Shown: one piece after another, positions 1-21,217 of the stretch
Position numbering within the stretch: the stretch's first letter is position 1
Layout: the number at the start of each line of letters is the position of its first letter
Made by a program: the position numbers and the translations under genes
Notes under the pieces: generated by a model
Told to the model about the DNA's origin: nothing
What the model saw: only the letters and a program-made list of their open reading frames with translations
The model's database searches: none
Assembly (NCBI RefSeq): GCF_009914755.1
Contig: NC_060929.1
DNA length: 64,000 bases
Direction: 5' to 3' (one strand)
Source of the DNA: the human T2T-CHM13v2.0 reference genome, Homo sapiens

Positions 1-517
1 ACCGATTATTAGCAAGATTCTGATGACCTGAGGGACCACAGAAACTAAGTATGTGAGTAAAACAGACTTTGAAGATGAGTGTGAGAGACTGAGTTGGTCA
101 TTAGAGCCATCGGCTGTAAAGTTTGTGTGCAGCCTGAACCACTGTGTGCTGCACTCAGGAGAAAATAGGATGCCTTCTGCACTGAGGAGTTTGGCTTGGA
201 TAAAAACCATTGTACTGACAATGTAGTCTACTCCAGAGTAACTGACAAAACAGGGGGAGACATTGAGGACATAACAACATGGCTCTTCCTTCTCCTGAGA
301 AGCATTGTCAAAGCTGAGTAGTTGCACCAGTTTGAGTTACAGCATTGGGGAATTCCCCCAGAAGCTGAGTGGGAGCTCTACCCGGGGCTCAGTCTGTGGC
401 TGTCACTTGTCTTCTTGCACAGAGCTTACTTATGAGGGAAGTAAGGGGCTATAATCCTTGGAAAACACAGGCTTCACTACCCTTTTCATTCGACCATTAA
501 AAGGACCATTCCTCTTT

Positions 518-1180
518 GGATGTGGAGAAATAGGAACACTTTTACACTGTTGGTGGGACTGTAAACCAGTTCAACCATTGTGGAAGACACTGTGGCAATT
601 CCTCAAGGATCTAGAACTAGAAATACCATTTGACCAAGCGATCCCATTACTGGGTATATACCCAAAGGATTATAAATCATGCTGCTACAAAGACACATGC
701 ACATGTATGTTTATTGCAGCACTATTCACAATAGCAAAGACTTGGAACCAACCCATATGTCCATCAATGATAGACTGCATTAAGAAAATGTGGCACCTAT
801 ACATGATGAAATACTATGCAGCCATAAAAAAGGATGAGTTCATGTCCTTCATAGGGACATGGATGAAGCTGGAAACCATCATTCTGAGCAAACTATTGCA
901 AGGACAGAAAACCAAACATCGCATATTCTCACTCATAGGTGGGAATTGAACAATGAGAACACTTGGACACAGGGTGGGGAACATCACACACTGGGGCCTG
1001 TTGGGTGGGGGGAAAGGGGGAGGGATAGCATTAGGCAAAATACCTAATGTAAATGACAAGTTAATGGGTGCAGCACACCAACATGGCATATGTATACATA
1101 TGTAACAAACCTGCACGTTGTGCACATGTACCCTAGAACTTGAAGTATAATAATAAAAAAAATAAAAAATAAAATAAAAT
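518..1180 (+). mobile_element. 5'-truncated L1PA (about L1PA4-6 age): ORF2 C-terminus, 3'UTR and poly(A)
   Basis: ORF 458..949 carries the L1 ORF2 end ([14 protein letters not shown]...IGGN). G-rich 3'UTR and A-tail follow. TSD AAAAGGAC(C/T)ATTCCTCTTT at 499-517 and 1181-1199. Confidence 0.95.
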
Positions 1181-1319
1181 AAAAGGACTATTCCTCTTTC
1201 ATCTTCAGATTGTCTTTGGACATGCCAATCTCCTTGGTAAGAGGTGATGCTATAATATAAGTAATCCCTGCTAAGATGTTATTAGGCCAGACCCCTATTG
1301 ACTGCAATAAAGATAACAC

Positions 1320-1735
1320 CATGTCCTGGAGACCAAAAAAAGAGACCAAGAGACAGTGAATGAGATATAGTGCTTATATAGGGGACTTACATACAGGGAT
1401 GGTCCAGTTGTGGTGGGCTGGACCGGAAAACTACTACCATGTGTAAAAAGCATGCAGCTTCCATAGCATTTTCACTTAGTACCCTCTACCTAGCAACCTC
1501 CAGTTTGCAACCTCCAGGTAACCCAAAACAAAGGGCCTCCATCTCCTGTATGGCCTGCATTCCAAGGGAAGGGCTAGGGGTTGAGATGCCCTTCATGGAT
1601 AAGGAGTGAATCTCTAGGTTGGCCACTCCCAGATTCCTTAGCCTGGAACTCTGAACACACATTCTTCTTAGACCATAGGGCCATTCTCAGGGTATTCTCA
1701 AGTTCAGTTACTGCTGTCAGGTGTGTCTCCCATAT
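1320..1735 (-). mobile_element. Solo LTR, probably ERVL class (LTR47-like)
   Basis: Minus strand reads TATGGGAGACACACCTGACAGCAGTAAC...ATACCCTGAGAATGGCCCTATGGTCTAAGAAGAATGTGTGTTC, which resembles the recalled LTR47 consensus. Boundaries approximate. Confidence 0.5.
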
Positions 1736-2240
1736 AGCTGATAATTGATGACTTAAGCTATTTTTAGAAGTCATATGAAGAAAGGATCAGTAGTCCCTTC
1801 ACTTGCCCTGTGAGAGAGTGTGTCCTGCTTTCAGAGACACACAATGGCCATTTGACAAATTTACTAAGACCATTCTGAATACATGAGAAATTATTTCATA
1901 ATACACCCATTCTAATGGAAAGCATAGAACTGTGAGATTATCAATGGATAAAGGAAGTAGAATTTACGATTCCCAAGTAGTTATGTGGAAAGTCAGACTA
2001 AGCCATTCTTCCTTGCCTTTTTCATTTGGCAAACTGCCCTGAGCATTCACTATGTACTGAGCACCCTGCTTGGTGTTGCAGATAAAAATATGGAAACAGT
2101 ATGATTCTTGACCTCAAGGCACTTATGCTAAGACTTCTAGAATGGAACATACGTATAAACAAAGAACCGTAATGAGGGTTACAAGTGCTATTGTATAATC
2201 ATATTCAGATCACAACGTAGGTACTAAAAAAGGTGTGGTC

Positions 2241-2558
2241 TGCTAAGAATGATGGTTTCCAGCTTCATCCATGTCCCTGCAAAGGACATGAACTCATTCT
2301 TTTTTATGGCTGCATAGTATTCCATGGTATATATGTGCCACATTTTCTTTATCCAGTCTATCATTGATGGTCATTTGGGTTGGTTCCAAGTCTTTGCTAT
2401 TATAAATAGTGCTGCAATATATATACATGTGCATGTGTCTTTATAGTAGAATGATTTATAATCCTTTGGGTATATACCCAGTAATGGGATTGGTGGGTCA
2501 AATGGTTTTTCTGATTCTAGATCCTTGAGGAATTGCCACACTGTCTTCCACAATGGTT
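2241..2558 (-). mobile_element. Internal L1PA fragment (end of ORF2) truncated at both ends
   Basis: ORF 2371..2553 [12 protein letters not shown]...KTWNQPK. No 3'UTR tail or poly(A). Confidence 0.9.
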
Positions 2559-3417
2559 ACTTCTCTCTGAGCCAGGGGAGGGTGGCTGTGGTCTCTTTAA
2601 TGATCTAGCCTACTATATCTTGAGGGTAAAGTCTATGACTGTGGTCACTTTATTCATCATTGTATCTCTACCATCTTGCACATAGTAGGTGCTCAGTGAG
2701 TAGTATTTAAATGAGCAAAAGCTGATGTTGTCGGAGGGCATGGTGTACATGAAGCAATGTAAGCAGTTTAGCCCAAGAGTCAAGATCCTGCATGATCAGG
2801 CCCTGATTCCCTCGCCAGCTTCATCTCCCAAGCACTGCTCCCCTTCTGCCATGATGAACAGTTTGAGCTTTATCCTGGGTCAGTGGGGACCCATAGGAGA
2901 AGTTTAAGCAGGGCCATGATGTGACAAGCTTTGTGTTTTAGAAAGCTCTGGCTGCCGTGTGAAGGATTGACTACAGAGGGCAACCCTGGAGCTAAGAAGA
3001 TCATTCAGTTCTGTAGTAGTTCAGGTGGGAGAATGCACCTAAGAATCCCCTGGTGTTTGTCCAGGGCCCACCCCAGGCCATTTAAATCAGAATCTCTGGT
3101 GATGGGATCTAGGCATCAGTAGTTTCTAAATCCTTCCAGATGATTCCAGTGAGAAACCAAGGCTGATAATCACTAGTGTGAATTAAGAGAGTTGCAGAAT
3201 GGAAAGGGGGCTATAGATGCAAAGGCTGTTAGAGGTAAGGGGACAGCATGCCTAGCTAACAGAGCAGGGCCAATGAAGAAAGGGGAGGAATTGAATTATT
3301 CACAAGTTCTGATTGGAGTCATTGAAAATGGGAAGTAGGGTGATCAACCTTCCCATTTTGCCAGGGACTATCACGGTTCTCTTACTGAAGATCTCTCATT
3401 CTGCAATAGTTCGTTAC

Positions 3418-3821
3418 TGACATGGCTTGGATCTGTGACCTCACCCAAGTCTCATGTCGAATTGTAATCCCCAATGTTGGAGGCAGGGCCTCGGGGGACG
3501 TGATTGAATCATGGGGGCAGAATCCTCATTAATGGTTTAGCACCATCCCCCCTTGGTACTATATAGTGAGTGAGTTCTCATGAGGTCTGATCTCCCTCCT
3601 CTCTCTCTTCCTCCTGCTCCAGTCATGTAAAACGTGCCTGCTTCCCCTTTCCCTTCCCCTTCCACCATGATTGTAAGTTTCCTGAGACCTCCCCAGAAAC
3701 AAATGCCAGCATCATGCTTCCTGTACAGCATGTGGAACCCTGAGCCAATTAAACCTCTTTTCTTTATAAATTACCCAGTCTCAGGTATTTCTTTACAGCA
3801 ATGTGAAAACAGACTAATACA
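3418..3821 (+). mobile_element. MaLR solo LTR (MSTA/MSTB-like)
   Basis: Starts TGACATGGCTTGGATCTGTG, contains CCAATTAAACCTCTTTTCTTTATAAATTACCCAGTCTCAGG, ends GACTAATACA. Confidence 0.85.
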
Positions 3822-4870
3822 ACAGGGAGGATGGTAGTACCATTCACCAAGATAGGCAATACAGGATCAGAGTGTGGTTGGGGGAAAGGTGATTAATTTT
3901 AAACATGTAACAGCTGCTAAGTATCGGTGACTAATGCCATTCTAAGCTCACAGCTGAGGATCATATGAGTTAAATCCCCCACATTCTAAATTCCTAGAAC
4001 CACAGCTGTTGGAGTGGGTCAGCCACACCCTGACAAGGTTTGCTAAGAGGAACCAGGAAGCAGAACCAGCAGCAACACCTCTCACCCTAATATAAAGTGA
4101 GACTGAAAGGGAGAAGACTGTTGCCTTTTGCAGAAGTGCAGTGCTCATTTAGGATGATTTACTCCCAAGAACAAGGGTAGTGGGTAGGTTGCCTCCCATC
4201 CTCAAAGCCAAGGGTAAGAGCTGTCGAGAGAACCACTCACAGGTTTGTAAGTATCTGATATGTGCTACCTGTCTGAACAGCTGAAGGATGCTAGGCTCAC
4301 TGTCCAGCCCCTGTGCCACCACAGTAGAGGAAAAAATACATTGGGAAGAGATGGCATGATGGGGGGCTGCCAGGCAGGGCAGGGGTCGAAACTGTCTTCA
4401 CTTGAAGTCATGGTGTCCTGGAGGCTTGAAAGGTGGATTCCACAAAAGCCTGAAGACCCAGGAGTTGGCTGTGGTGAGTAGACCATATTTGGAGTCTTGG
4501 TCTTGTCTGGCTATGCTGCAATATTGGGCAAAGAGGGGCACACATCAGAGGAATGGGACATAAGGCCACCAGCTCGAGGGCTGGGCTTGAAGTTGAGAAT
4601 GAATCTCTTATAAGGAACCCCTAGCATCTAGAATTACTGGTTGGGGGCAAATCCCCTGTCTGAAGATGTTGTCTTCCTTCATCTGTCCACACTAACACAA
4701 TGGCAATAAGCTGGGTCTCACGGGGCACCTCTCCCTTCCATTTTTCTCCTCCCTGGTCATTACCAGCAGGAGGTATGGTAGACTTACAAGTTGTGTGTGA
4801 CCCAGATCACATCTCTATTCTGCAGGGCATAGGAGAGGAGGAGAGAGCCATGCATTGGATATGAAACTAA

Positions 4871-5227
<357 letters not shown>

Positions 5228-5304
5228 TAAAAGTGACCAAGACATGATATGGGGCTGAAATTATTAAGGAAGTCTGCTTTACATAGAAAACAGGATTTTG
5301 ACCC

Positions 5305-5565
5305 AGCAGTCATTGCCATGTTGTGGGCAACTTTATAGAGAGGCCAAGGTAGTGAGAGACTGAAGCCTTCTACCAACAGCAATGTGGACCCCAGCCCCTT
5401 CAGATGTGACAGCTTGACTGCAACAGCATAAGAAACCCTGAGATGGAAACTGAAGCTAAGATACTCCTGGATTCCCGACCCCCACATATTGAGAGATAAT
5501 AGATGTTTGTTGTTTTAAGTTGCCAGTTTTGGGGTCATTTGTTATGCAACAATAGATAACCAGTA
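5305..5565 (+). mobile_element. MLT1-family MaLR LTR fragment
   Basis: Typical MLT1 3' end: TGTTTGTTGTTTTAAG...TTTTGGGGTCATTTGTTATGCAACAATAGATAAC. Confidence 0.65.
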
Positions 5566-6421
5566 ATTGTCCTGAGTTGGGCCAAGGGGACCAGACCTTT
5601 ACATCGGACTCATTGATTAGTCGTTGGATGCAGGCTGTGCCGGAAGGAAGCGTGACTCTGGACGAGGCCGTTTTCTTCAGCCAAGGCAGCCCCCCAGAAG
5701 GCAGTCAGCTGAAGGCTGTTTTCGGGCAACATTCGCAGCAGCCGGGTGACCAAGTCCTTTATTGCTAAAGAGGGGGGTTCTGGGCAGTTCATCAAGTGGT
5801 TAGTGGGAGGCTCCTGTGGGTCTCCTGAAAGAAGTTTCTCTACCCAATTAACCACCTTAGCCCAAGATGTCACCAGCCAAGGGAGAAATTGGAGTTTGAG
5901 GAGCCTGGGAGCCATGCTTCGTCTTCTACTTTCCTCCTGACCACTGCTCTCTTTTTAAATGGTGGCGTTTCACTGGGCTTTATCCTTGACTCCCTCCTAC
6001 ATCTGTAGGAGGGGATGTAGGGAGAGCAGTGTCCATCAGGTTGAGGAAGAAGAGGGCATTAGGAAGACAGTCGTGGTCAGTGAGTGTTTGCTGAATGTAT
6101 TGGTTGGGGTCTAAGGTGAAACCAGACAGCACACACAAGGCGAGTGGCAGAAAGTAGCTTAACAAAGGGACTCCTTACAGAATTGAGGTCAGGGGTGAGG
6201 GGCCCCAACAGGGACCACAGGATTCTTCCCTCCTCTAGGCCTGGGGGAGGTGAGAGCATGGAGTGGGTGCCAGCACTTGGAGAGGGCCATCTTCATGGAG
6301 AAATCTGACTGTTGGATGAAGCCATGGCCTTCAGAGAGGAACACAGGCAACCGAAGGTTGGTACTGCCCATAAGTCATCCTCACGGGGCACAAGGCAGGG
6401 TGAAGGAGGGCAGGAAGCTCA

Positions 6422-6805
<384 letters not shown>

Positions 6806-6989
6806 TTAAAATGTGAATGTTTGGGTACACTCCTAAACTTTAAGGATGATATCAGAGAAACTAGTACTCTTTTTCTGTAAGTATTCCTGGTGCCACTGAC
6901 AGATCCTAGCTAAAGAGACCACTGGTCTGATTCAGTGGAGTATTACTTTCCTAGGAAATTATAAAGTTCCCTAGGACACTGTAATTGGC

Positions 6990-7148
6990 TGTGTCAGTGT
7001 TGATATGCTAGCTGTGATAGTGTACTACAGTTTTGCAAGATGTCACCATTGTGGGTAACCAGCTAAAGGATACAAGCTATCTCTGTATTATTTTTTACGA
7101 CTGCATGTGAATCTGTAATCATCTCAAGATTAAAAATGTAATTAAAAA
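6990..7148 (+). mobile_element. Old L1M (L1MC/MD-like) 3' end fragment
   Basis: TTTTGCAAGATGTCACCATTG...CTGCATGTGAATCT...TCTCAAGATTAAAA is typical of L1M 3' ends. Confidence 0.55.
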
Positions 7149-7167
7149 TTAATTCACTTATTCTACT

Positions 7168-7669
7168 TGAAGGAATTAAGAACATGCTACTCCAAACTAT
7201 GCTGCTCTGGTATATTGGCTATTTTGTGTTTAGGGACTGAATAAAACAGCAGGACAAGAGGATCACTCAGCCCTTCCTTTTATTTTTTTGAAAGCAAGAG
7301 ATGAAATTCCCATGTGAAAGATGCCCTCCTTATACCAGAAAGAAGGTATTATTCTTATCATCAAGGATAGGAGATCTGTACTAATGAAACTTGTTAAATT
7401 AATCCTTATTTTCCTAGTCACTTCTCTACCCAGTTAACCACCCTAGCCCAAGCTCCTTTACCTTGTCACATTTTAATAATTCATGACTCTTTGTCTAATT
7501 CAGTATAAGCGTTCAATTCTGCATCTTTGAATCTTCATTTCCTTAGCCATGTAACATGTGTATTACATTTGTATGCTTTTCTCCTATGAATTTGTCTTCT
7601 GTCAACTTAATTCCTAGGCCCAACCAAAAAACCCTAAAAAAGCAGAGGTCAAGTTTTACTCTCCCTACA
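7168..7669 (+). mobile_element. MER34-family solo LTR (ERV1)
   Basis: Starts TGAAGGAATTAAGAACATGCTACTCCAAACTATGC, ends CTCCCTACA. Confidence 0.65.
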
Positions 7670-8234
7670 CGCTTATGATAATTAAATGTGAGGCTTTAAA
7701 CTTCGATGTAGAGTTCCCCAGTAATAACTCAACTACTTAGTATTCTAATTTTACCGGAATGAAATCTTTGAGTTACTTGATCTGCTATGACTTGAATTTT
7801 ATTTCTGTCAAACTCGGCTGTCGTTGCCTTGAATAGGAAGAATAAATCCAAAGCCCGGGAGAGAGGCCTGAGACCTTGCAAAGCCAGTAAACAAAATCGT
7901 AATTGGATCTGCCTCATGTGCACACAGGCTTTTACCTCTCCTGTTGATCTTGTGGTAGAACTCCTCTGCATGGTGTGCTGTTCTCCTACAGACAGATTTG
8001 GAGAACTTACATGCTGTTGTTCTTGAACAGGCTTTTCAGTTCTTAGAATTAACTAGCTCATGTATCATTAGAACAAAGTAGTAATTTAAAAAATAAATCT
8101 ACATTAATGGGCTATTTGGGGGGAACAACAGCTGCTCCAAGATCACAGAGGAGAAGAGGGTGTTAAAACACCCAATCCTAAAGATAGTTCTAGATCAGAA
8201 GCTTGATGACTAATTCAATTAAAATGAGTGTGTG

Positions 8235-10842
<2,608 letters not shown>

Positions 10843-10923
10843 AAAATGAGTGTGTGGAATATGTAAAGTCTCCAGGTATGTTTTTACCCCCAGATTTTTT
10901 TTTTTCACAAACTTAATACATGG

Positions 10924-11060
10924 GGCTGGGAGTGGAGGCTCATGTCTGTAATCCCAGCACTTTGGGAGGCCAAGTTGGGAGGATTGCTTGAGCTCAGGAG
11001 TTAAGACCAGCCTGGGCAATATGGTGAGACCCCATCTCTTTAAAAATAATAATAATAATA
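10924..11060 (+). mobile_element. Alu monomer (FLAM-like)
   Basis: Left arm only with an (AAT)n tail; flanking AATACAT duplication. Confidence 0.85.
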
Positions 11061-11414
11061 ATACATTGGTAGGCTAAAGTTGCAGAACAAATATAATTCT
11101 TGGTCCTGTATACAAAAGAACCCTCAGTGATAGTATGCTTTTTATTCAAATCCTTGAAGATCAAGGTTTAAGTAGTTTTATTTTAGGGTAGGATGTGTTT
11201 CATGCAGCATTAATTTTATTGTCTTTTTTTAAAAAAGCATGTAATTGGTGTAGTCAGGACTGAAATTTTATTCGTCTCCTCAGATGAAAGTAGTATCTTA
11301 TTAAACAGCCCTAGACCAGGAAATACAAGGGCATTATAATGAATAATTCTAAGCTCATTATGATCTCAGTGAATAGGTTCAGATTCAGCACAATACTAGA
11401 ACTGATGTTTATTA

Positions 11415-11690
<276 letters not shown>

Positions 11691-12152
11691 CTAGAAAGTC
11701 ATTACAACAAAATTTTATGCCAGAAAATGTACTATCAAGACCCATAGACATATGTAAACATGGTCTCTTTCCTAGGCATGGACACTTATACCTTTATCAC
11801 CTAAGAAAGATGAAGGTCTAAGGCAGAAACACAGCTCCTTTATTAGCTAAAACGTCTTGTAACATCAGACGCCTTAAATTATCCACTAATTACATTTAAA
11901 TAAAAAATGTGGGGACAAATTAGCTTTAATCGAATTAAAATGAAATTTCTAGTGCAGCTAGATGGCTGTTTTGCTAGAATCTGTTTAGCTGTAAATTCCA
12001 TTTAGAGTTGTTAATAGTATTCCTCTTCAACTCTGTTTAACCCACCCATCATCATGGTGAATTGCCAAATGTCTTACAAGGTAGAATAAATATTCTTGGA
12101 CCTCTTTTCAGGTCAGGCATCATTGGAAATTTCTCCTTTTCACTTTACTATT

Positions 12153-12723
<571 letters not shown>

Positions 12724-13030
12724 TTATGACTTTGCTGAGCTTCAATTTCCTCATCTGTAAAATGAGGATAATGTTGCAGCATTCAGAGACAACATATATA
12801 AGGCACCTAGCACAGAACCTGCCCACAGTAGGCCCTAAATCAATGGTAGTCAACATCAAATAAAGCTGATTAACCAGCTTGATTTGAAACTTATTTCTAC
12901 TTTAGATAATTTCACAATAAGTCTGAGACATGCTGTAACAAATTTTCATGCCTCTCCTTCATAAACATGAATGACATGAATGAAGCAAAACGAACATTTA
13001 GGCCTCGGTTTTCACAGATAAAAGACTAGG

Positions 13031-13049
13031 TAGTGACCTCTAGTGGTAA
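13031..13049 (-). promoter_or_regulatory. Candidate CTCF site (reverse orientation)
   Basis: Reverse complement TTACCACTAGAGGTCACTA fits the CTCF core CCAC(T/C)AG(A/G)(G/T)G(G/T)C(A/G)C. Confidence 0.55.
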
Positions 13050-13274
13050 ACAGGCAAAATGCCTAAAGGCGATACATTTTCTCCCTTACTTAGGATTCAG
13101 CCTGAAATTGATCACAGAAGTGCAATGTAAAGCTATGAGATCAAATGTAATTAATACTTGGATAAGAATTTAGCCTTCATGCCATTCTGTAAAACAATGA
13201 AATAAAGGAAAATGTCCTTGCCTTCTGTTATGCCAAAAATTGCAGTTTAATCATATGAGTAACAAAAGAATTGG

Positions 13275-13586
<312 letters not shown>

Positions 13587-13929
13587 TCAAATTATATTTG
13601 ATTTTTTTGACAAATATGAGCTATTTTGATTCATTTTTGCACAAATGACCAGATGTTACATTAAAATTTATTTCAGTAGTACCTTAAGTGGAATTATAAA
13701 CTTCTTTCCAAGTACATAGAGTAGTTCATAATGGATCATTTTGCAGAATTTCTGATAGTGTCGTAAAAAGAAAATGTGCTGTAGGATCTTCACTGATGAC
13801 ATTGTCTAAGCACTAGTTATTACTTACAGAGCTTGCCTTCACTGGACATTAGCAGGGCTGGTTCCCATCCAGCTTCTGAACTCTTACAATCTCCATTTCT
13901 GCCAACATTACTGCTCGTGAAATTCGATC

Positions 13930-14130
13930 AGTATAGTATAGGATGGTGGTTAAGAGCATGAACTCTGAAGCCAGACTGGGTTTAAATCCCAGCTTTACCA
14001 TTTGTTGACTATGAGAGATTGATGCCTCAGTTTCTTCATCTATAAAACATCAGTGTTAATACCAGCTACCTTATAGGTGGTTCTCATGGTGGATTAAGCT
14101 AATATATAGACAGTGATTAGAACAGAGCCT
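13930..14130 (+). mobile_element. MIR
   Basis: GGTTAAGAGCATGAACTCTGAAGCCAGAC...CCTCAGTTTCTTCATCTATAAAA MIR core. Confidence 0.7.
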
Positions 14131-16566
14131 GGAATTATTATTGAGCAGATGTTATGCACCTATACCATTCTAGGGACTATAGAGAATGCATCCAAAGCTG
14201 AAAATCCAGGCCCTGTACTCAAGAATTTATAGTTGACATGGAAAGATCTTGCTAGAGGAATGGGCCTTCATTCCACTTGTTGGTTTGCAGGAGGGGGACT
14301 TTTTTTTTTTTAAACATATGCCTGGCTTCTTATGTCCCTATTCTTGTTCCCCTGCAAGATGTGGAGCAACTTTCTTGGAGTGAAGTGGCATTGGGCGCAG
14401 TCCCACAAGGAAAAGGACACATATTTTTGAATGCAGTTAGGAAGTATGTTTGGCCCTTACTCTATAGTATATCCTACAATTTGCCTCCATCAATAATAAA
14501 GGTAATAACCTGGGTTCTGGGGGTCAACTACCGGCTATGGTTCATTTTTTTCAGAACTCAGCCAGAAGTGGCAAACTATTTACTGAGGAGACACTTAGAG
14601 ACCCCACAAAACACAAGAGCCATTCAGCGCCAACTTCTATGGTGTGAACCTACTATAAAAGCATTTCCAGAAATGAGAATTTGGTGTAGACTGAAGCAGC
14701 AGGAATTGATTTCATGGAAGTGGGACTTAAGCTGGTTCTTGAAGAATGAGATAGAATTTGGATGGGGAGAAGGAGGAAAAGCAAGAGCCCTTCTGCAAGC
14801 AAAGCAATTTTTTTTGAAGTTTGTACTTCTATGTAATTGAAATATATAAAATATTGATTAAAATTAGTTATATTCCTGTTTGATGACACATGGTGACCTA
14901 GCCAGGCTGTGGTGGAGAAATAGGTGACATAGGTCCTTGCTGCCTGATTTTTTAGTATTGTGTGACCCAATTGCCAGGAATGTTCTAAGCACTTTGTACA
15001 TATTGAGTCACTTACTCCTCACAACAACTGTATGACATAGACATCATCTCCTCCACTTTACAACTGAGGTTACTGAAGCATAGAGAGTAGTTATCAGCCT
15101 AATGTCACACTGCCAGTAAGAGACAGAACTAGGGTTCAAGCCCAGGTAGTTTGACCTGCATCCCATTCTCTCTCATCATTCAGCTTTACGATTTCTCAGT
15201 CCAAGGGAAGAGGTTGGGTGGTCTCTCTTGTGAAGGAAACCAGTGAAGAGACCAGAGTGATGGCTTGGACTTTGGAGGCTGCCACATAAAGCTGGGAGGT
15301 AGTGGGGGCTCATCAATGGAGGGTTTGGAAAGCCAAGCACAGGAACTTGGCTGTGGAGAAAGAAAAAGAAGATTCATCTTTCTGTGTTCCTGACCAAGAA
15401 CAATTCCATACTGTTCATTGCATTAATTCCAAAGATTTCAAGGGTTCCAGTTTGGTAGACTGGACATTATGTACATATGAGAAGAGGGTAAAACAAAAAC
15501 AGAACTGGACCCTCTATGCATCCCCTGGGCTGCTGCTGGGAAGGCACATAGCTGAAAGTGGAAACGTGTTCTCTTGTCCTTTTTTTCCAAGCACCTGCCT
15601 AGAAGACAAACAAGGCTGGAGGTATGAATTTGAGGTTTCACCTATATTTGAGAGCTGAAACCACAAAATGTTAAACTCCCTGGGAAAAAAGTCACTAAAG
15701 AAGCAGAAGAGAAACACCAACAGAGGAGGGCATATGGACAGCACGGTGCTGTGGAAGTTACTCTGCATAATTTAAGAAATTCCCAGTCAGCTACTTCAAA
15801 GAGGTGGTAGAAGATGAGAACTGGGATGAAGCCAGGAAATTTAACAATGAGCCTAAGAATGTTGAAGAGAGGAAATGAAACTTGGCTCTGCCCTTATGAT
15901 GCTATTGCATAGGGTCAAAAAAGGCATGTCTGGTTTATGTGAGCCTCCTCACTGTTTCCCACCCTCCCGGGACATAAGGCCCCTTTCAAGTTGGCTGGGA
16001 TGGGCATGGGAGTGAGGAACTGAGTCCTCAAGTTACAAAGTTGGAATTCCTTTTTATGCATTAGGCTTGGCTCCTTGGTACCACACCTTAGCCCTCTCCC
16101 ATGGGCTCTTCGCACGCCTCCTACTCTCCTGATCTTTGATATTCCCTCTGCTGTCAGCTGGATTTGCCCATGTCACAGGCAGTTCAGTTCCTGGCGACCA
16201 CCCCTGTCCAGCTGTGACCTTCAAGAGGGGCCCTGCCCCATGTCTCTCTCAGCTCCTGCCCGACCCCAGTCTGGATTGTCGCACTCCTTCCAGGAAGCAT
16301 TAGCCTCTCCTCCTTGCCCCTCTGGCTCCTTAGAGCTACTCTGCCACCCCCAAATTACCTTGGAAAAGGTTAGCTGTGTCTGCAGACTTGTTACTTTGTG
16401 CATCTGCTGGCCTTCTGCTCACCCCACAGACAGGGTGGTGGACACACAGTAAGGTGACCCCCAGGGAGTCCTGCCCTTGTGTAGTCCCTTCCCCTGAGTG
16501 CTGGTAGAATCTGTGATTTGCTTCTAACCACAAGAATATGGCAAAGTTGATGAGATGTGTGATATG

Positions 16567-16570
<4 letters not shown>

Positions 16571-16597
<27 letters not shown>

Positions 16598-16598
16598 G

Positions 16599-16636
<38 letters not shown>

Positions 16637-16639
16637 CAT
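16571..16639. repeat. (TA)n microsatellite containing a perfect 44-bp palindrome
   Basis: ATGCTTT(AT)15AAAGCAT at 16596-16639. Confidence 0.95.
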
Positions 16640-16689
16640 GAAAGTCATAGTTTCTGGCTGATAACTCCCATAGCCCTCTTGTTATAGCC

Positions 16690-18170
<1,481 letters not shown>

Positions 18171-19504
18171 ATCATTCCCTTGATCAATTTCATTATAGAA
18201 GACTGTCTAAAGTAACTAGAGAGACTTTCTTGCTGCTAATTTTTGTACTTTTTGTAAAGACAGCTCTCACTGTGTTGCCCAGGCTGGCTCCTGCTCTTGA
18301 GTGATCCTCCCACCTCAGCCTCCCAAAGTGCTGGGCTAACAGGCATGAGCCACTGTGCCCTGCCCTTGCTGGCTTGTTGTTTGGGGCTGCCATCAGCTCC
18401 TAGAAGCCAGCCACAGTTCCTTGCCACATGACCCTCTCACAACATGGCAGTTCCTATCTTCAAAGCCAGCAAGAAAGTCTCTCTAGCATACCCAGCAAGA
18501 ATGTATAGGGCTGTTCAGGGCTCACAGTAGATTACCTTTCTCAACAGATGGAGTAGGGGGTGACTTAAAGTGTGCATAATCTTTAAAAATTAGCATTTTC
18601 CATTTGTACTCTCTAAATTTGGGTTAGCTGGATCCAAACCCCATGATTCTGCTACATATGGGATCCCAGTCCACCTATCTCTAGCATACTTCCTCTATTA
18701 ATTATTCTCTCTTGACATTTGCCACCTCATTTTAGCCAGCTGTGCTTGTTTTCACTTATGTTATTTTATGAGCAGTGCTTATTTTGACAGCAGCATACAT
18801 AGTGGAATGATGGCTGGTTCTGGCATTTAAAAAGCTGGATTCACATTCAAGCTCTACCATTTGCCAAATAAGAAACCAATACTCCCATCAGCCAACTCAA
18901 GTAGTAAAGTTGGAATAGCATAGTGCCTTTGATTTTTTCCCTTACAGGGGTGTAGTAGTGAAGGGTATGTAACTCAAAATAATCTTCTTGAAAGTCAAGC
19001 TTCTCCTCCTTTCCCCAAAACTTGTTCCCCACCTGAATTCTCTACTTGTTACAATCACCATTCATCCATCCCGACCTCCTCCTCTTCATACCTTTGCATC
19101 AAGGCTTGCCAGTTTTACCTTCTAAGCATTGTTCTTCTGCCCTTTTCTTGACCTCCCAACTGCCATTGTCTATCTTTATCATGTGTCAATCCAGTAGTTC
19201 CCTGAAGTAGCTTCTAGCATCATGCTGGCCACCATTCTATGATGTCTTACTACTGCCTGAGCTTGTCATTTCTCTCATTTCAAACACCTTTCATCCTCAT
19301 ACAGTCCAATTTCCTTACACATGTTTTTGCCTTAATTCCTTCTACATCTCACCTTGTGTTGTTTTACACTGTAATATTACTTATTTCTTGTATTTCCTAA
19401 TATCCACCATGGCATTTAACATTTTTTGTGTCTTTGATGCTCTTCCTACCTGGAATACCAATCCTGTCTTTGACTAATTCCAACTCATTTAAAAATTTTG
19501 ATCA

Positions 19505-21127
<1,623 letters not shown>

Positions 21128-21217
21128 ATATTTTGGGGTGAAATTCCCTGTGCTCCCTCAGTATGTCCACATAATGGGATATTATGTTGCTATAAAAAAT
21201 GAGAACACTCTATTAAT

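Noticed and set aside
458-949. 163-aa ORF as a novel gene
   Set aside because: It is the L1 ORF2 C-terminus joined by chance to flanking sequence at a TTG start.
14277-14840. 187-aa ORF in non-repeat sequence
   Set aside because: Non-ATG start, no domain similarity recognised, no exon or promoter context.
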